A stretch of 64,000 nucleotides of DNA from Octopus vulgaris (GCA_951406725.2 OX597816.1:111352001-111416000), one strand, 5' to 3'. Counted from the stretch's first letter, positions 35,214 through 48,964 are shown. Notes: generated by a model from the sequence alone, not told the origin. Translations and numbers: made by a program.

Positions 35214-38200
35214 TATCCCCGACCCCAAACACCATGTACAAAAAAACTAAGAAGAAATTAAATACCACCGATATTATTCAACCCAAGAATAACAATCGGG
35301 AAGTACGTACTTTAAACTTACAACACAAAATGTACGAACAACTACACGTGCAAAACAATGTGACAACAGAAATGAACGGACCGGTACCCTACGAAAATGA
35401 CGACCGTCAAAATAATGGGCCGGACGTTGTTCCTCATGTCCCGCAAATAAAACCCAAAAGACATAAATGGACACGTGAGGAATACATTTCTATCCTACAC
35501 GCATACTTCACAGCAGTGCTCTACCCAAAAAATGAAAACACAACACATACATATAAAATATGGAAGGAAAATAACATAAATATAGACTTGGATACAGCAA
35601 TGAACCCTAATAAACTAGCTAACGTACGAAGATACATTCTCACGGCAAAAAATATCAGAAATAGAAATAGAACATCTAAAAGAAAAAATACACCAGGAAA
35701 ATGTAGATAGAAGCCACACAACAATGCCCAATAATATAAACACTGAAACAGTAAAACACGAAGACAAACGTAACATTCCCAACAAACACGATATAAAAAA
35801 AACCCAACAAACCCAGACCGTAAGGATGCATAATAATACACGACAAACAGCAAGCCAAAACACGACAAACAAACATATAAATAAGAAAGAAAGCGACACA
35901 AATCTAAAACCTGGAAACAACGAAGGGGAGCCTAATGATTATGATACTATAAAAAGTAAAATAATCAAAGAACTGAAAACCACAGAGCTCAAAATGGACC
36001 ACCGACCATACCTCCCAAAAATCAAAATAGACGAAACAACAACACCAATTATAAACAGCATAAACCTAGCCGTCACGGAACTAATAGCCACTGAAACAAA
36101 AAGCGATATCACTGAGCTAAATGACTTAGTATACGCAGCAGCCACTGCAGCCACAAAAGAAGCTGGACACTCACTTAAACCCATCCAAATAGGAGTACCA
36201 CCACCCAAACAAACCCTGTGGATAAATAACATCCAAAACAAAATACAAAAATGAGAAAAGATCTGTCGATTCTTAATGAAATCAGTAGACAAACAACGCT
36301 ACTGAGCAACAAAAAGAAAACAAAAATACTCCGCAAATATAACATCACAGAAAAAGATTTACCTGAAATAAAAGAAAAGCTGAAGCAAGATATCCTTGCC
36401 AAAGCACAAAGGATCCGCCGGTACGAGAAACGCCAGCGCTTCTTTGAACAAAACAAAAAGTTCAACTCCAACCCCAAAAAGTTCTACCAAGAACTTGGCA
36501 AAAATAAAATAGAAATCACTGCAGCACCAACGGCAGAAGAAGTGGAAGAATTCTGGAGAGAAATATGGTCGGCGAACGAACAACAAAAAAAGAAGTATTA
36601 AAACAACAAACTCAGCATCTGAGCAACTTTGGACCCCCATAACAACTGAAGAGGTCACCCAGGCACTGCAAAGACTAAGCAACTGGAAGGCACCTGGGCA
36701 TGACAAGATCCCCAACTTCTGGTTGAAATATCTAACAGGAATGCACAAAAAGCTGGCTGAAAACTTTAACAACATACTAGCAGAGCCAGAGACAATGCCT
36801 GAATGGCTCACGAAGGGAAAACCATCTTAATTCCCAAATCAAATGAGACAGCAAAACCAGAAAACTACAGACCAATGACCTATCTCCCTACAATGTACAA
36901 GGCATTTACTGCAGTGATATCGCAAAGGTTGAACAAGCACCTGGACGAAAACAACCTGTTTCCAGAAGAGCAGAAAGGATGCCGCAAAGGCTCATATGGC
37001 TGTAAAGATCAACTAATGATTAATAAAGCCATAACTGAAGACAGCCACAGAAAAAAGAAAGGCCTCAGTATGGCCTGGATCGACTACAAAAAAGCGTTTG
37101 ATAGCATCCCCACACATGGATCCTCGAAACACTAGCCATTAACAAAGTAGCACCAACAATTATAAAATTCATAGGACACTCTATGAATAAATGGCAAACA
37201 GTGCTACAGCTCCAAACAAAAGAGGGACTCATGAAAACCAAAGCCATCCCCATTAGAAGAGGAATATTCCAGGGAGACACGCTCTCTCCACTCCTTTTCT
37301 GCTTGGCACTGTCACCTCTATCTGATATGCTAAATAGAACTAGATGCAGATATAAATGTTACGGCAAAACGATCAGCCACCTTTTATATATGGATGACCT
37401 AAAACTATACGCTGCAAATGACAAACAGCTGGAAACACTATTAAAGACAGTTCATGGATTTACCAAAGAAATAGATATGAAATTTGGATTAGAAAAATGC
37501 GCCAAAGTAACCATGAAAAGAGGAAAACTAGTCAAGAGTAGCAACATCACACTAGATAAAACCAATGAAATAAAAGAATTAGACCAAAGCCAAACTTACA
37601 AATACTTAGGAATCCATGAACTAGATAAGACACAACACACACAAATGAAAGAGAAAATAAAAAAGAATATTATAGACGAGTTAGATCAATACTAAAAACA
37701 GAGCTCAATGCTAAAAACAAGATAATAGGTATTAACACTTTAGCTGTCCCAGTTATAAGTTACAGCTACAATATCCTTAACTGGACACTAAATGAACTGA
37801 CCAAAATAGATAGGAAAACAAGAAAAATAATGACAGGATCTAGGATGCATCACCCAAAATCTGACATAGAAAGACTATACATACAACGTATAGAAGGTGG
37901 TAGAGGCCTTATACAGCTGGAAAACTACTATAAAATAACCACCATAGGACTGCAAAAATATCTACTTCAGAAGGAAGGAAAACTGATACAAATAGCGGCA
38001 AAACACGAGCAAAACAAAAACTGTTCTCAGTATTTAAGGAAGCTGACAAATACAAACAAGAAATCATACCACCTAATAAATGAAGAAGAAGAAGAAGAAG
38101 AAGAAGAAGAAGAAGAAGAAGAAGAAGAAGAAGAAGAAGAAGAAGAAGAAGAAGAAGAAGAAGAAGAAGAAAAAAGAAGAAAAGCTATAAAACAAATGAA

Positions 38201-39114
38201 ATCCAAACTAAAAATAGAACAGCAACGAACCATGATAAAACGATGGCAAGAAAAGCCCCTTCATGGTAAATACTGGACTAAACTAAACGCAAAAGAAATA
38301 GACAAAGAAAAATCCCAGCAATGGTTGAGAAGCTCAGGACTCAAAGCAGAGACAGAGGGATTTTTAATTGCAGCACAAGACCAAAACCTCCCCACCAGAA
38401 ATTACCAAAAACATGTAATGAAAAGAAATATAACAAGTAACTGCAGAATATGTGGAGATGGACAAGAAACAATAAATCATATTATCTCTGGCTGCCCAGT
38501 CCTGGCTAAGAAGGAATATATTCACAGACATGACAGAGTTGGAACCTACATACACTGGAAGCTATGCCAACATTATGGAATAACAACAGAAAAAAGATGG
38601 TATAGGCACACACCAGAAAAGGTCACAGAAAACGAGAAAGCAACCATACTCTGGGATATGCCGATACACACAGATAGAGAAATTAAGGCCAACAGACCAG
38701 ATATAGTTGTCAGAGATCATGAAGGAAAAAATGCTTTCTAATTGATGTATCAATACCGGCAGATGACAACGTGTCTCTAAAAGAAATGGAGAAACTTTCA
38801 AAATACAAAGACCTGGAAATAGAGGTAACCAGAATGTGGAATCTAAAAACAGAAACAATTCCTATCATAGTAGGTGCATTAGGCATGATAAAAAAATATT
38901 CAGACAAATACATAACAAAAACACCAGGACTTACAAACACATATAACATACAGAAAATTGCACTACTAGGCACTGCACACATCCTACGCAGAACACTTTC
39001 CATACAATAACCATCAGAGCATCACAACAAATGACAGCACATACCTAAGGCACACAGAGCTGCGCTCGGTAGTGAAGTGCAAGCACGCTATAAAAATAAA
39101 ACTACTGAATGATG

Positions 39115-39115
<1 letters not shown>
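35214..39115 (+). mobile_element. Near full-length R4/Dong LINE inserted in (TAA)n
   Basis: (TAA)n at 35143-35213 and 39116-39217. ATG at 35234, Myb-like RHKWTREEY, WKAPGHDKI, NYRPMT, WIDYKKAFDS, GIFQGDTLSPLLF, YMDD, CRIC..H..C, RHD, RPDIVV..IDVSIP, stop at 39010. About 9 frameshifts. Confidence 0.95.
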
Positions 39116-39198
<83 letters not shown>

Positions 39199-39219
39199 GT
39201 AATAATAATAATAATAACA

Positions 39220-39425
39220 ACGATATCCAGGAAACCCCAAAATGGCAGAAATTCAAAAGATAGTGCTCATGGGAACTGCTCATATCCGACGCAAAATACT
39301 TTCTATGTAATCTTAAGTTTTAAAACAAACATAATTTTCTTATCGTTTCTTAAACATTCACTAGTACAACACCAAGTACAAAACCAAATATATGGCACCT
39401 TAGGCATAACACCAACAACAACAAC

Positions 39426-39488
<63 letters not shown>
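39220..39488 (+). mobile_element. Extremely 5'-truncated Dong of another family with (CAA/TAA)n tail
   Basis: IPGNPKMAEIQKIVLMGTAHIRRKILSM* (stop 39308-39310) matches the Dong C-terminus (IPGLPSLQEVQKIVLTGTSHVLRRALSM), with a different 3' UTR. Confidence 0.85.
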
Positions 39489-39490
<2 letters not shown>

Positions 39491-39697
39491 AAAACCTTGA
39501 ATACTGTGTCGACAGAGATCTCCATTGTCAGCTCACCAGTATGTTATTGTAGCTACTAATTTTAGGACTAATTGATGCAATCAAGAATTGTGACGTTGCT
39601 TTGATGTATAGCGATTCGTTTCGCAACAGATTCGGCGTTTGAATACAAGATGTTACATCTTTCCGTCTTCTTCATCTATATTAGATATCACACACAC

Positions 39698-39803
39698 ATA
39701 CTTGCTTCGGCAGAATATATACTAAAAATGGAACGATACAAGGAAGATTGGTATGGCCCCTGCGCAAAGAAGACACGCATATTTGTGAAGCGTTCCGTTT
39801 CTT
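39698..39803 (+). pseudogene. U6: U6 snRNA pseudogene
   Basis: cttgcttcggcagaatatatactaaaaatggaacgatacaaggaagattggtatggcccctgcgcaaagaagacacgcatatttgtgaagcgttccg is colinear with full-length U6. ACAGAGA box (ACAAGGA) and AGC triad (GGT) are mutated. Confidence 0.92.
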
Positions 39804-39807
39804 AGTC

Positions 39808-40017
39808 GCAGGCGTGGCTGTATGGTAAGGAACTTGCTACACAGCCATATGGTTCCGGTTTATGTCCCACTGCGTAGCACCTTCAGCAAGTGTCTTCTAT
39901 AACATCGAGTCGACCAAAGATTTATGATTGGATTTGGTAGGGGAAACTGGAAGAAGCCGCTAAGTTACGGGGACGTAAACACACCAGCATCGGTTGTCAA
40001 GTGATGTTGGGGGACAA

Positions 40018-40082
<65 letters not shown>

Positions 40083-40229
40083 TATCACGGGTTTCTTTCA
40101 GTATCCGTCTACCAAATCCACAATGCTTTGATTGGCTCGAGGCGATAGTAGAAGACACTTGCTCGGGACTGAACCCATAACCATGTGGTTGGTAAGCAAG
40201 CTGCTAAGCACGCAGCCACTCCTACGCCT
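39808..40229. mobile_element. Two SINEs of the 31243 family in inverted arrangement (+ 39808-39960; - 39961-40229)
   Basis: gcaggcgtggctgtatggtaagg... on +, and ...gcacgcagccactcctacgcc (head on -). Confidence 0.8.
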
Positions 40230-40554
40230 TTATTAAATGACATTTATTAAATGACAACTACTTTTTAAAAAAGTTTATATCCAATTAAGCTTTATCCTCA
40301 TGCCAATGTACTTTCTGTAATTCTTCGTTTAATTACATACCACATATAATACTCTTTATGGTGTCTCACGTTTATCGCACATTTCATATTCTCTCTGCCA
40401 ATAAATTAAATTCATCGAGAAAATCCCAAACGCATTACAAGAATAATCTCAGCTTATAGAAAAATTACTTATTTGTACTAAAATGTTTTATCATATATAT
40501 TAGAAGATATACCCAGCGTTGCTCGGGATTAAAATGGCATAGGTTTTTATTGTC

Positions 40555-40845
40555 TTACTTGTTTCAGTGATGTGACTGCGGTCATGCTGGAGCACCTCTT
40601 TTAGTCGAATAAATTGATCCCAGGATTTATTCTTTGTAATACTAGTACTTATTCTATCGCTGTCTTTTGCCGAACCGCTAGAATATATGGGGATGTAAAC
40701 ACAGCATCATTGGTTGTCAAGCGATGCTGGGGGTACAAATACACACACACACACATACACCGATATACACGTATATACGACAGTCTTCTTTCAGTTTCCG
40801 TGTACGAAATCCACTCACAAGGATTTGATGGTCGGCCTGGGGTTT
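40555..40845 (-). mobile_element. SINE of the 31243 family, 5'-truncated
   Basis: gtttcagtgatgtgactgcggtcatgctggagcacc...ctttcagtttccgtgtacgaaatccactcacaagg is the reverse complement of body and tail. Confidence 0.75.
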
Positions 40846-40865
40846 TAGTATATATATATACATAC

Positions 40866-40968
<103 letters not shown>

Positions 40969-41005
40969 ATACATACATACATACATACATACATACATAC
41001 ATACA

Positions 41006-41037
<32 letters not shown>

Positions 41038-41438
41038 CATGTGGTCAATTGTTACGGCTGGAAAACTCGTCCTTTGCAAACCACAATTTTTCGAGACGAT
41101 CGTAAGTATATGTACTCACTAAAGATTCATCATAATTCTTCGAACATCACCGCTTCTTAAGAGACTTACCTTGTAACATCGTCGTCGATTTGTAAAATCT
41201 GAATTTTCATACCAGACATATTAATGAGGGTACATTTATGTATTATACGCTTTCATGATATGTATATTTGTACTTGAATTCATACTGTATATGAATATGC
41301 CTATGATGTGAAGTGATAGAATTTGATAAAGTGACTTGAACTTGACATCTGTTCTCCATTCTTGCCTTATAGTCTCATTGCTCCTGTATTAAAGGTTATC
41401 CTTTTTAACACACCTCTTATAATTACATATATATATAT

Positions 41439-41478
<40 letters not shown>

Positions 41479-41585
41479 CCAAGACATTTGAAATTTTATT
41501 CCCGATGTAATCAGTAAGACTAAGCACGTGTCTGTCTTGACACAGAGAGCTGGGGTTAGTCTTGCGGTTTGCATCTCGAGGACCG

Positions 41586-41661
41586 AATGTACTGATGAAG
41601 TCACGGACACTTGAATTATGCAAGTAATTCTCTTGTTAAGACCGAAACCGAGGTATGCATT
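41586..41661 (+). ncRNA. Type I hammerhead ribozyme motif
   Basis: aatgta-CTGATGA-a-gtc...gac-c-GAAA-ccgagg-TA-tgcatt. 6-bp stem I. Inside a (TA)n-flanked element (~41473-41925). Confidence 0.75.
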
Positions 41662-41922
41662 TAAGTCTGTTTTTTATTTAATTTTTCATATGTCCTGCCC
41701 GCCAAATTTGGTTCTGGTGTTCGCTATTCTTCCTCTAGAGAATTTCCTTGTAGTTTATCGTTGATGATCTTCTTCTAGCATTCTGGCCGGCTACCTAGCA
41801 TAGCCCTGCCAATATACACATATATTTGAATTTTCTCTGACTCCTCAGATTTTTTGAATGCTGGACTACTGGTTTTAAATTGATATTATTAATATTAATT
41901 TATCTCCCTCAATTTTTAAATA

Positions 41923-41969
<47 letters not shown>

Positions 41970-42014
41970 ACACACACATACATATATATATACATGTATA
42001 TATACATATATGTA

Positions 42015-42079
<65 letters not shown>

Positions 42080-42302
42080 TTATATATATATACATGCAGC
42101 TTTCCGGGGACGTTTATACATACATATCTGTTAACGGTTATTTTCAATACTTTTCTCGCTGGATTTTGTCTTCTGCAATTTTATTTTGGAATCTTCTATG
42201 TATATGGAGAATTTTACTCCGTCTGGCTGTTTTTCTCTTTACAAAACGGAAATTTGCATTATGGAAAGTCATTTTAACGAGTTTTTTTATTATTATTTAT
42301 TT

Positions 42303-42356
42303 ATCACCCGACGAGATACTTCTGCACCCTAGATGTGGTGAAACAATTGTTCTGAT
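42303..42356 (+). ncRNA. Degenerate hammerhead motif (CCGACGA core)
   Basis: atcac-CCGACGA-gatacttct(gcaccct)agatgtggt-GAAA-caattg-TT-ctgat. A related fragment atcacCCGATGAgacacatctgcac occurs at 10145. Confidence 0.45.
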
Positions 42357-42381
42357 TAATAATATATTCTCGTATATTCAT

Positions 42382-42424
<43 letters not shown>

Positions 42425-42472
42425 GAAATTTACAGAAAAACAAAAGACAAATAGGTGTATCAAATAGAGGTG

Positions 42473-42533
<61 letters not shown>

Positions 42534-42677
42534 GTATATATACCGGAGTAAACACATAAATGTGAAACAAGGTGGAAAAAAGAGTACTCAAATACCAGAG
42601 GTAGAGTAATATGCTTTATTTAAAAGCAGCAGAAATTTAACAAAAGCTGTTACTCGGGGTTTTACGTTTTAACAAAA

Positions 42678-42715
42678 CTGTCCGACGAAAGGGAACGTGA
42701 AACTCCGAGTAACAG
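42678..42715 (+). ncRNA. Hammerhead-like motif (CCGACGA core) within a fold-back (42614-42668 / 42695-42748)
   Basis: ctgt-CCGACGA-aagggaacgt-GAAA-ctccgag-TA-acag. Stem I ctgt/acag, stem III actc/gagt. Confidence 0.55.
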
Positions 42716-43784
42716 CTTTTGTTAAATTTCTGCTGCTTTTAAATAAAGTATATGTATATACACACACACACACGCATATATATATATATATGTTGGAGAC
42801 CAAACGTGTACGTATGCCGCTATATGTATATATAAAAAAACAAAGCAAAAATGGAACAAGAACGTAACAGGTGACAACAAAACATTCAGACAATTGGAGT
42901 TAGACGATACAAAAAAGGACAGGAAAAAGCAGGGACGGGTCATTCGGAGCTTTCATTCTTCAGTCGAGTTCCAGATCGTCGTTGCAGTTTCGGCCGGTTA
43001 TACTCGAGTCTGCTCCAATCTGGCCGGCCCCAAGAAAATCTAAACTAAGAGCACTAGATTCTTTGGAAGAAAGCAAGCGAATGTATGCGAAAACAAGGAC
43101 GAAAAAGTCGGATAAATGGTACACTATTACAAATACCAACAACAGGAAAATAACAACAGGTGTCTTTCGACTAAGAGCGAATATATTTAAACTGGCGTGT
43201 GTGTTAGTGAAGCCTTATAGCAGGAACATTAGAGATGAAAGTCATGGGAAGGAGTATAAGAGATGTAACATGGTTGGTAGTCGAACCAATAAAGAAAGCT
43301 CAGGCTTGGCGGAACACCGGTCACGTGGAAGGAGAGGAGAGAGGTAGGGGCAGAGGGATTGAAGAATTACGGAGGGAAAGAAAGACAAAAAAAGAAAGGA
43401 AAGGGACGGGGTGGAGTAAAGAAGGAGGGAAGGTGATGAAAATGAAGGGAAGGCCAAGAAATGTGAGAGAGGGGAAGCGAGAAAAAGAGGTGTGGAAAGG
43501 GACAATTAATAGTGAAACTGGAGTTCGAGATAAACTAATTAATTACTTTTCTTTCTGGTGTTATAGCAGCGTGCTTCGTGAATTCTCTTTTTCGTGACTT
43601 GGGATTTAACTACCCTCTTAGCATGTAAGGAATCTTGTCAAGGGTCTCTTCTCTGTATATAAAAATGTTTTCTACATACTCTTATATATATACAAACATA
43701 CACACACACGCACATCACACAAACACACACACACATACACTCACACACACATGCACACACATAAATACATACATATATATATAA

Positions 43785-43895
43785 AGGGTGCGTAAGATAT
43801 TGGAGGACAGATTTATATTTATAAAAAAATTATACATAATAACAGATAATAACTTTATTTATCAAAAAATGCTATCAGGATAAAAATAGCCTTTT
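43785..43895. mobile_element. Terminal fragment of the 21108-22298 transposon family
   Basis: agggtgcgtaagatattggaggacagatttat...ataactttatttatcaaaaaatgctat matches the TIR and 21108-21200. Confidence 0.7.
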
Positions 43896-44559
43896 CTATA
43901 ACTTGGGATATGCCAGAAACATTTGTAAGACATCCAATAATTAATTTACTAATTAATTACCTCAAATTCGGTTTACTCTAATTAAATATTCTAAATGACT
44001 TGAGATACTCGGTCTGCTTTGGTTTTTGTTGTCCTATACCCTCTTCTACGGATCACTAGCTCCAGACTCAGTTGTGAAATTTGGAACCTAACGGATGACC
44101 AGTTATAGCACGTACACAGCGTACGTATTCTTTTGGATCACCAGTGAAATAAATCCTTCATATTCTTTACACACACACACGCACACGCGCGCGCGCGTGC
44201 GCACAAGCATGTGTACATATATATAGCATGTTTATTCGCTTTGTACAGGCACTAATGAAGATTTCCAAAGTTCTAAGACTTCTTTGTTTTCCTGACAACT
44301 AGAAACTCAAGATATTGCCCAGAGGTGTATTATGTATACTTTGAAATGTGAAGTGATTCTATTTGAAAGTGCCTTTTCGTATTAGCTATATGTAGGTATC
44401 ATTATTCGACGTCATCGCTCAATTTTTATCACTAATCTTCTTACACACAAATAGATATTTTATATAACGTTTACATTATTTTCCCCATATAATTGTTACC
44501 TGTGTGTGCGCGTGTGCGTGCGTGTGTGTATGTGTATGCGTGTATTAATTTATATATAA

Positions 44560-44639
<80 letters not shown>

Positions 44640-45121
44640 GGGAAGGAGTATAAGAGATGTAACATGGTTGGTAGTCGAACCAATAAAGAAAGCTCAGGCT
44701 TGGCGGAACACCGGTCACGTGGAAGGAGAGGAGAGAGGTAGGGGCAGAGGGATTGAAGAATTACGGAGGGAAAGAAAGACAAAAAAATAATGTATATATA
44801 TATATATAATCTTTTCCATCTGTCTGTTCCCAATGCATTCTCGAACAGCTCAACCAAATCAAACCAAATTTTACATGGTAACACTATCACACACCAGAAG
44901 TGTCAGCATCTAATTTTGGGGTGATTAAAACAATACAACATTGGCACTGGTTCCGTATTACATCTCATAACTAGAAGAATAAATGTGAAATCTTCGACGG
45001 AGTAAGTTATAGTTTCACTTTTATATTGTTTCACTTTTAATAGATTCACTTTTGTATTGTTCCACTTTTAATACTTGCACTCTTAATAGTTTCAAATTTA
45101 ATACTTTCACGATGTGTACAC

Positions 45122-45154
<33 letters not shown>

Positions 45155-45437
45155 GATAGATAGATTGATAGATAAATAGATAGATATACATATATGTATG
45201 TGTGTATGTGTATATATATTTGTATATATATGTATATGCATATCTTTGCATATATGTGTATATATGCATATACATATATGTATATATCTATATATATATG
45301 TGTGTGTATATATATATGTGTGTTTGTATATATGTGTATATATATATATGTATATATGTGTATATATATATATGTATATATGTGTATATATATATATATG
45401 TATATATGTGTCTATATGTATGAATATGCATATGCGC

Positions 45438-45484
<47 letters not shown>

Positions 45485-45555
45485 GATATATATGTACATA
45501 TGTATATGTATATATGTATGTATATATATATGTGTGTGTATACAGATATATGCAC

Positions 45556-45591
<36 letters not shown>

Positions 45592-45617
45592 CTATATAAG
45601 TACATATATGTATACAT

Positions 45618-45812
45618 GTACATCGTCCCTATACAAACCCCTCTTGATGTTAGAGGAATACATGCGGAGTAGTTGGAGGAGGTATATTCCGACCAGATCC
45701 GTGATCTGAGCAGAGTCAGTGGAGCCCATATTAATATCGAAGAAATTGTTACTATTATTATTATTATTATTGAGGGTAACTCGGCACCAAATCTTATCGT
45801 CGAACGCAACAT
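45618..45812 (-). mobile_element. Penelope-like RT fragment
   Basis: [23 protein letters not shown]...GLYRDD resembles PLE RT motifs (FDxxMGSxDGAExxxLVG; YRDD). Confidence 0.75.
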
Positions 45813-46044
45813 TCAAAATACTGCCAAAATACTGCCTGGACTTACCTGGGATTATACTGAAGGACCTGTACCTTCACAGAAGTACGGACCAACCTCCATA
45901 CCTTCTGGAAGAAGGTGTTCTGTGAAATTTATTCTCCTGTCTGTATTCTTCTATGTACTGCTTTACTCTTTATTCTTCTATCTACTATTTTATTCCTTTA
46001 TAAACTATGAATTCCCTGTTTAGAACTTTCATACATACTTAACT

Positions 46045-46122
46045 TGTCTTTGATGATGGAATACATGGTGCATGGAGATGCTAAACTATAACTTGGGATA
46101 TGCCAGAAACAGCTGTAAGATA
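46045..46122 (+). ncRNA. Type I hammerhead motif (U3 variant) in Penelope-like terminal repeat
   Basis: tgtct-TTGATGA-tggaata...tatgcca-GAAA-cagctg-TA-agata. 3' half repeated at 43897-43935. Confidence 0.68.
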
Positions 46123-46260
46123 TACAATAATTAATTAATTAACTAATTATTCAATTACCTCGAATTCACCTTACTCATCCTGCCTTCGACTTTGTTGTCC
46201 TTTTTCCTCTAATATAACTGATAAGTTTGATAGGCTTCGGCCAGTATGTATATATATACA

Positions 46261-46294
<34 letters not shown>

Positions 46295-48964
46295 CATATA
46301 TATACATACATATACATATATATAATATATGTGTATGTATGTATGTATGTATATATAAATATATATCTATAAATGTATGCATATGGTGTCAGATGCTAGC
46401 GCAATTCGGAAACTACTGAAATATTTACATAAATTCTTTCAATTTGTGAACAAAAAACAAAAACTTTCAGCGAAAGAACTCACTTTCAATATAACTAGGA
46501 AATTGTTGTCATAATAGCAAATTTCGAAAATTGGTTTATAAATATTAAATACTAAATTTGACGTTGATTTCAAAAATTTGCAAACATGACTGATAAGATT
46601 AAGTTTTGACCCTTTCAGTCCTATTGCTTCTATCCAGTCTTCTTACAAAACAACAACATGTAGCTATCTATCGAACTATCACTCTCTCTCTCTCTTCCAA
46701 TACTATCTTCTTCTTCTATCCACCTCTTGCTTCTATCACTTTGGTTCTCATCGATCACACCTTTTCTACTTTCTTACTCTGACCATTTTCCCATACAGAT
46801 ATGCAAGAGGGAAAGAGAAAGTTACAAAGGTACAGGGATAATGACAGAAGAACTGATGCTCTTTTGCCTTGTCAAGCAAGAGAAACCTTTTCGCATTGCT
46901 GAACAAACGGAAAAGGCGTAAAATAGAGAATACTTAATATTGCCACAAACATGACGTTTCTGGCAGTGTACCAAAACAAAAATTCAGCCATCACACTCTA
47001 AAATATTTTGTCATTGAAAGGATAACTAATCTTAGAAACCATGCTAAACAGAGAATGTGTGACGAAGACGGATCCTCTAGACTATCATGAATGATAGTGA
47101 CTCCAAATATGAATTGACTTTAAATGTGTCGATATATGTACTCATACCAGCAATAAAATGGAGACGTAATAATATTAAATGATGAGGTTGAGGAGGAGGA
47201 GGAAGAAGAAGAATATGGTGGTGGAGGGAGTGATGATGATGGTATTTATTTCAGAATGTTGCTTGCTTTCGTTTTTAAGTATCCGCATTTGCTACACTTA
47301 CATATCATTGCATATATTATCCCACTAAATTGGATTATTTTCTCTATTACTCAGCCTTCTCGTTAATTGTTTTGCACCAAAAAAAAGCATTTTTGACATA
47401 ATTTCTAAATATTCATTCACACAGTTGCTATACCAGCTCATTTCCATACGTAAAATTTTAAATTCTAATTTTAATGTCACTTTCGCGCATTGCTGCAAAT
47501 ATATATGCATAGAGAATAGGAAAAAATTTTACTCTTGATATTTCAATTGATTCAGTGATTCGCCGGCGTCTTTGAGACAATATATATAAACAAGAAAACA
47601 TATTCATTATTCTCTTTGAAATACTGATGACGAAGTTATCAAATGGCTTCACGTTTCAGCCTACACATAAAGCCAAGAAAGATACTTTGCGTTTGGAGTT
47701 AAATGCGTTGGTGTATGTATGTAAATATATATATGTGTGTGTATGCATATAGCTGGACATACAGACAGACAGACAAGCAGATACACACTCAGAGATAGAT
47801 ATAGATGTAAACTTGTATATATACATACATATACATACATATCTATATATCTCCATATATACACATACATATATATGTGTGTGTGTGTATTATTTACGCA
47901 GACATGAATATATATACTTGCATATTAATAGATTTATACATACGATTAAACGATATTGACACAGTTCTACATTACTTGAAGTTTCATAAGTTCAGAAATT
48001 GCCCATATACTCAGACATACATAATTAAAGAGAAGAAAATTCAAAACAATTTTTAATTCGTCTCACATAGGTCAGTTCAGGTCGCTTTGAACACTTGGTG
48101 TTAGGAGCAACAGCGGTTGTTCAGTAATACAGCCCACATAGTACAGCTGACAATGTATTGGCGCCAGTGACTAAGTTTTCTGTGAAAATTCACAGTTTAG
48201 CGACGAAAGTTGATGAGGCACAACATGACCAGGTAACCAATTTCGTAGTGTTTGGTTGCATTATTAATTACCCAACTATAATTATAATTATAGTTGGCAA
48301 CGATGATAGACTGTGTAAGGGAAAACGTGATCCCGATGGAAAATCAGGGGTTACATACACTGCAATGGTTTGCAAACTAACAAGGGCTAGGGTCGTTTTT
48401 CAGTGAATATTGGTTTCATGTCCATTAACAACATTTTCTTTGGAAACAACGATAGGAAAGATCGGTTTTCCTATTGATAAATACGATAGAACGTTGCAGT
48501 ATATGTGGTCCTGATTAAGGCAAAGTGAGCTATTACAAACTCGATGTATGAAAGGTCTAACTCGAACTTTGTGATTGAAAACACTTGCTCTATAAGAATC
48601 TCATCTAAAATGTCAAACACAATGGAATTAACTGCTGTCGCTATTTTCCGAAGTAACTACGCAATCTTCACTGATTAATCCAATGTTATCCCAAATGATC
48701 TTATCAAGATGCCATTTCTTGGTTTATTTTAAGTTCTCTTGCATTTAACTATTTGACTCCTAAGGGCGCTAGGTGCTCTATACACATATATGTATATAGG
48801 TTTGTATATGTGTATGTATATATATATATGTGTGTATGTGTGTATGTATTAATGTATGTATGTGTGTATGCATGTATGTATAATTACATATATATGTACA
48901 CTCACACACACATATTCATATGCATCATTTACCTATGTACGTATGTTTATATACATGTATGTGC

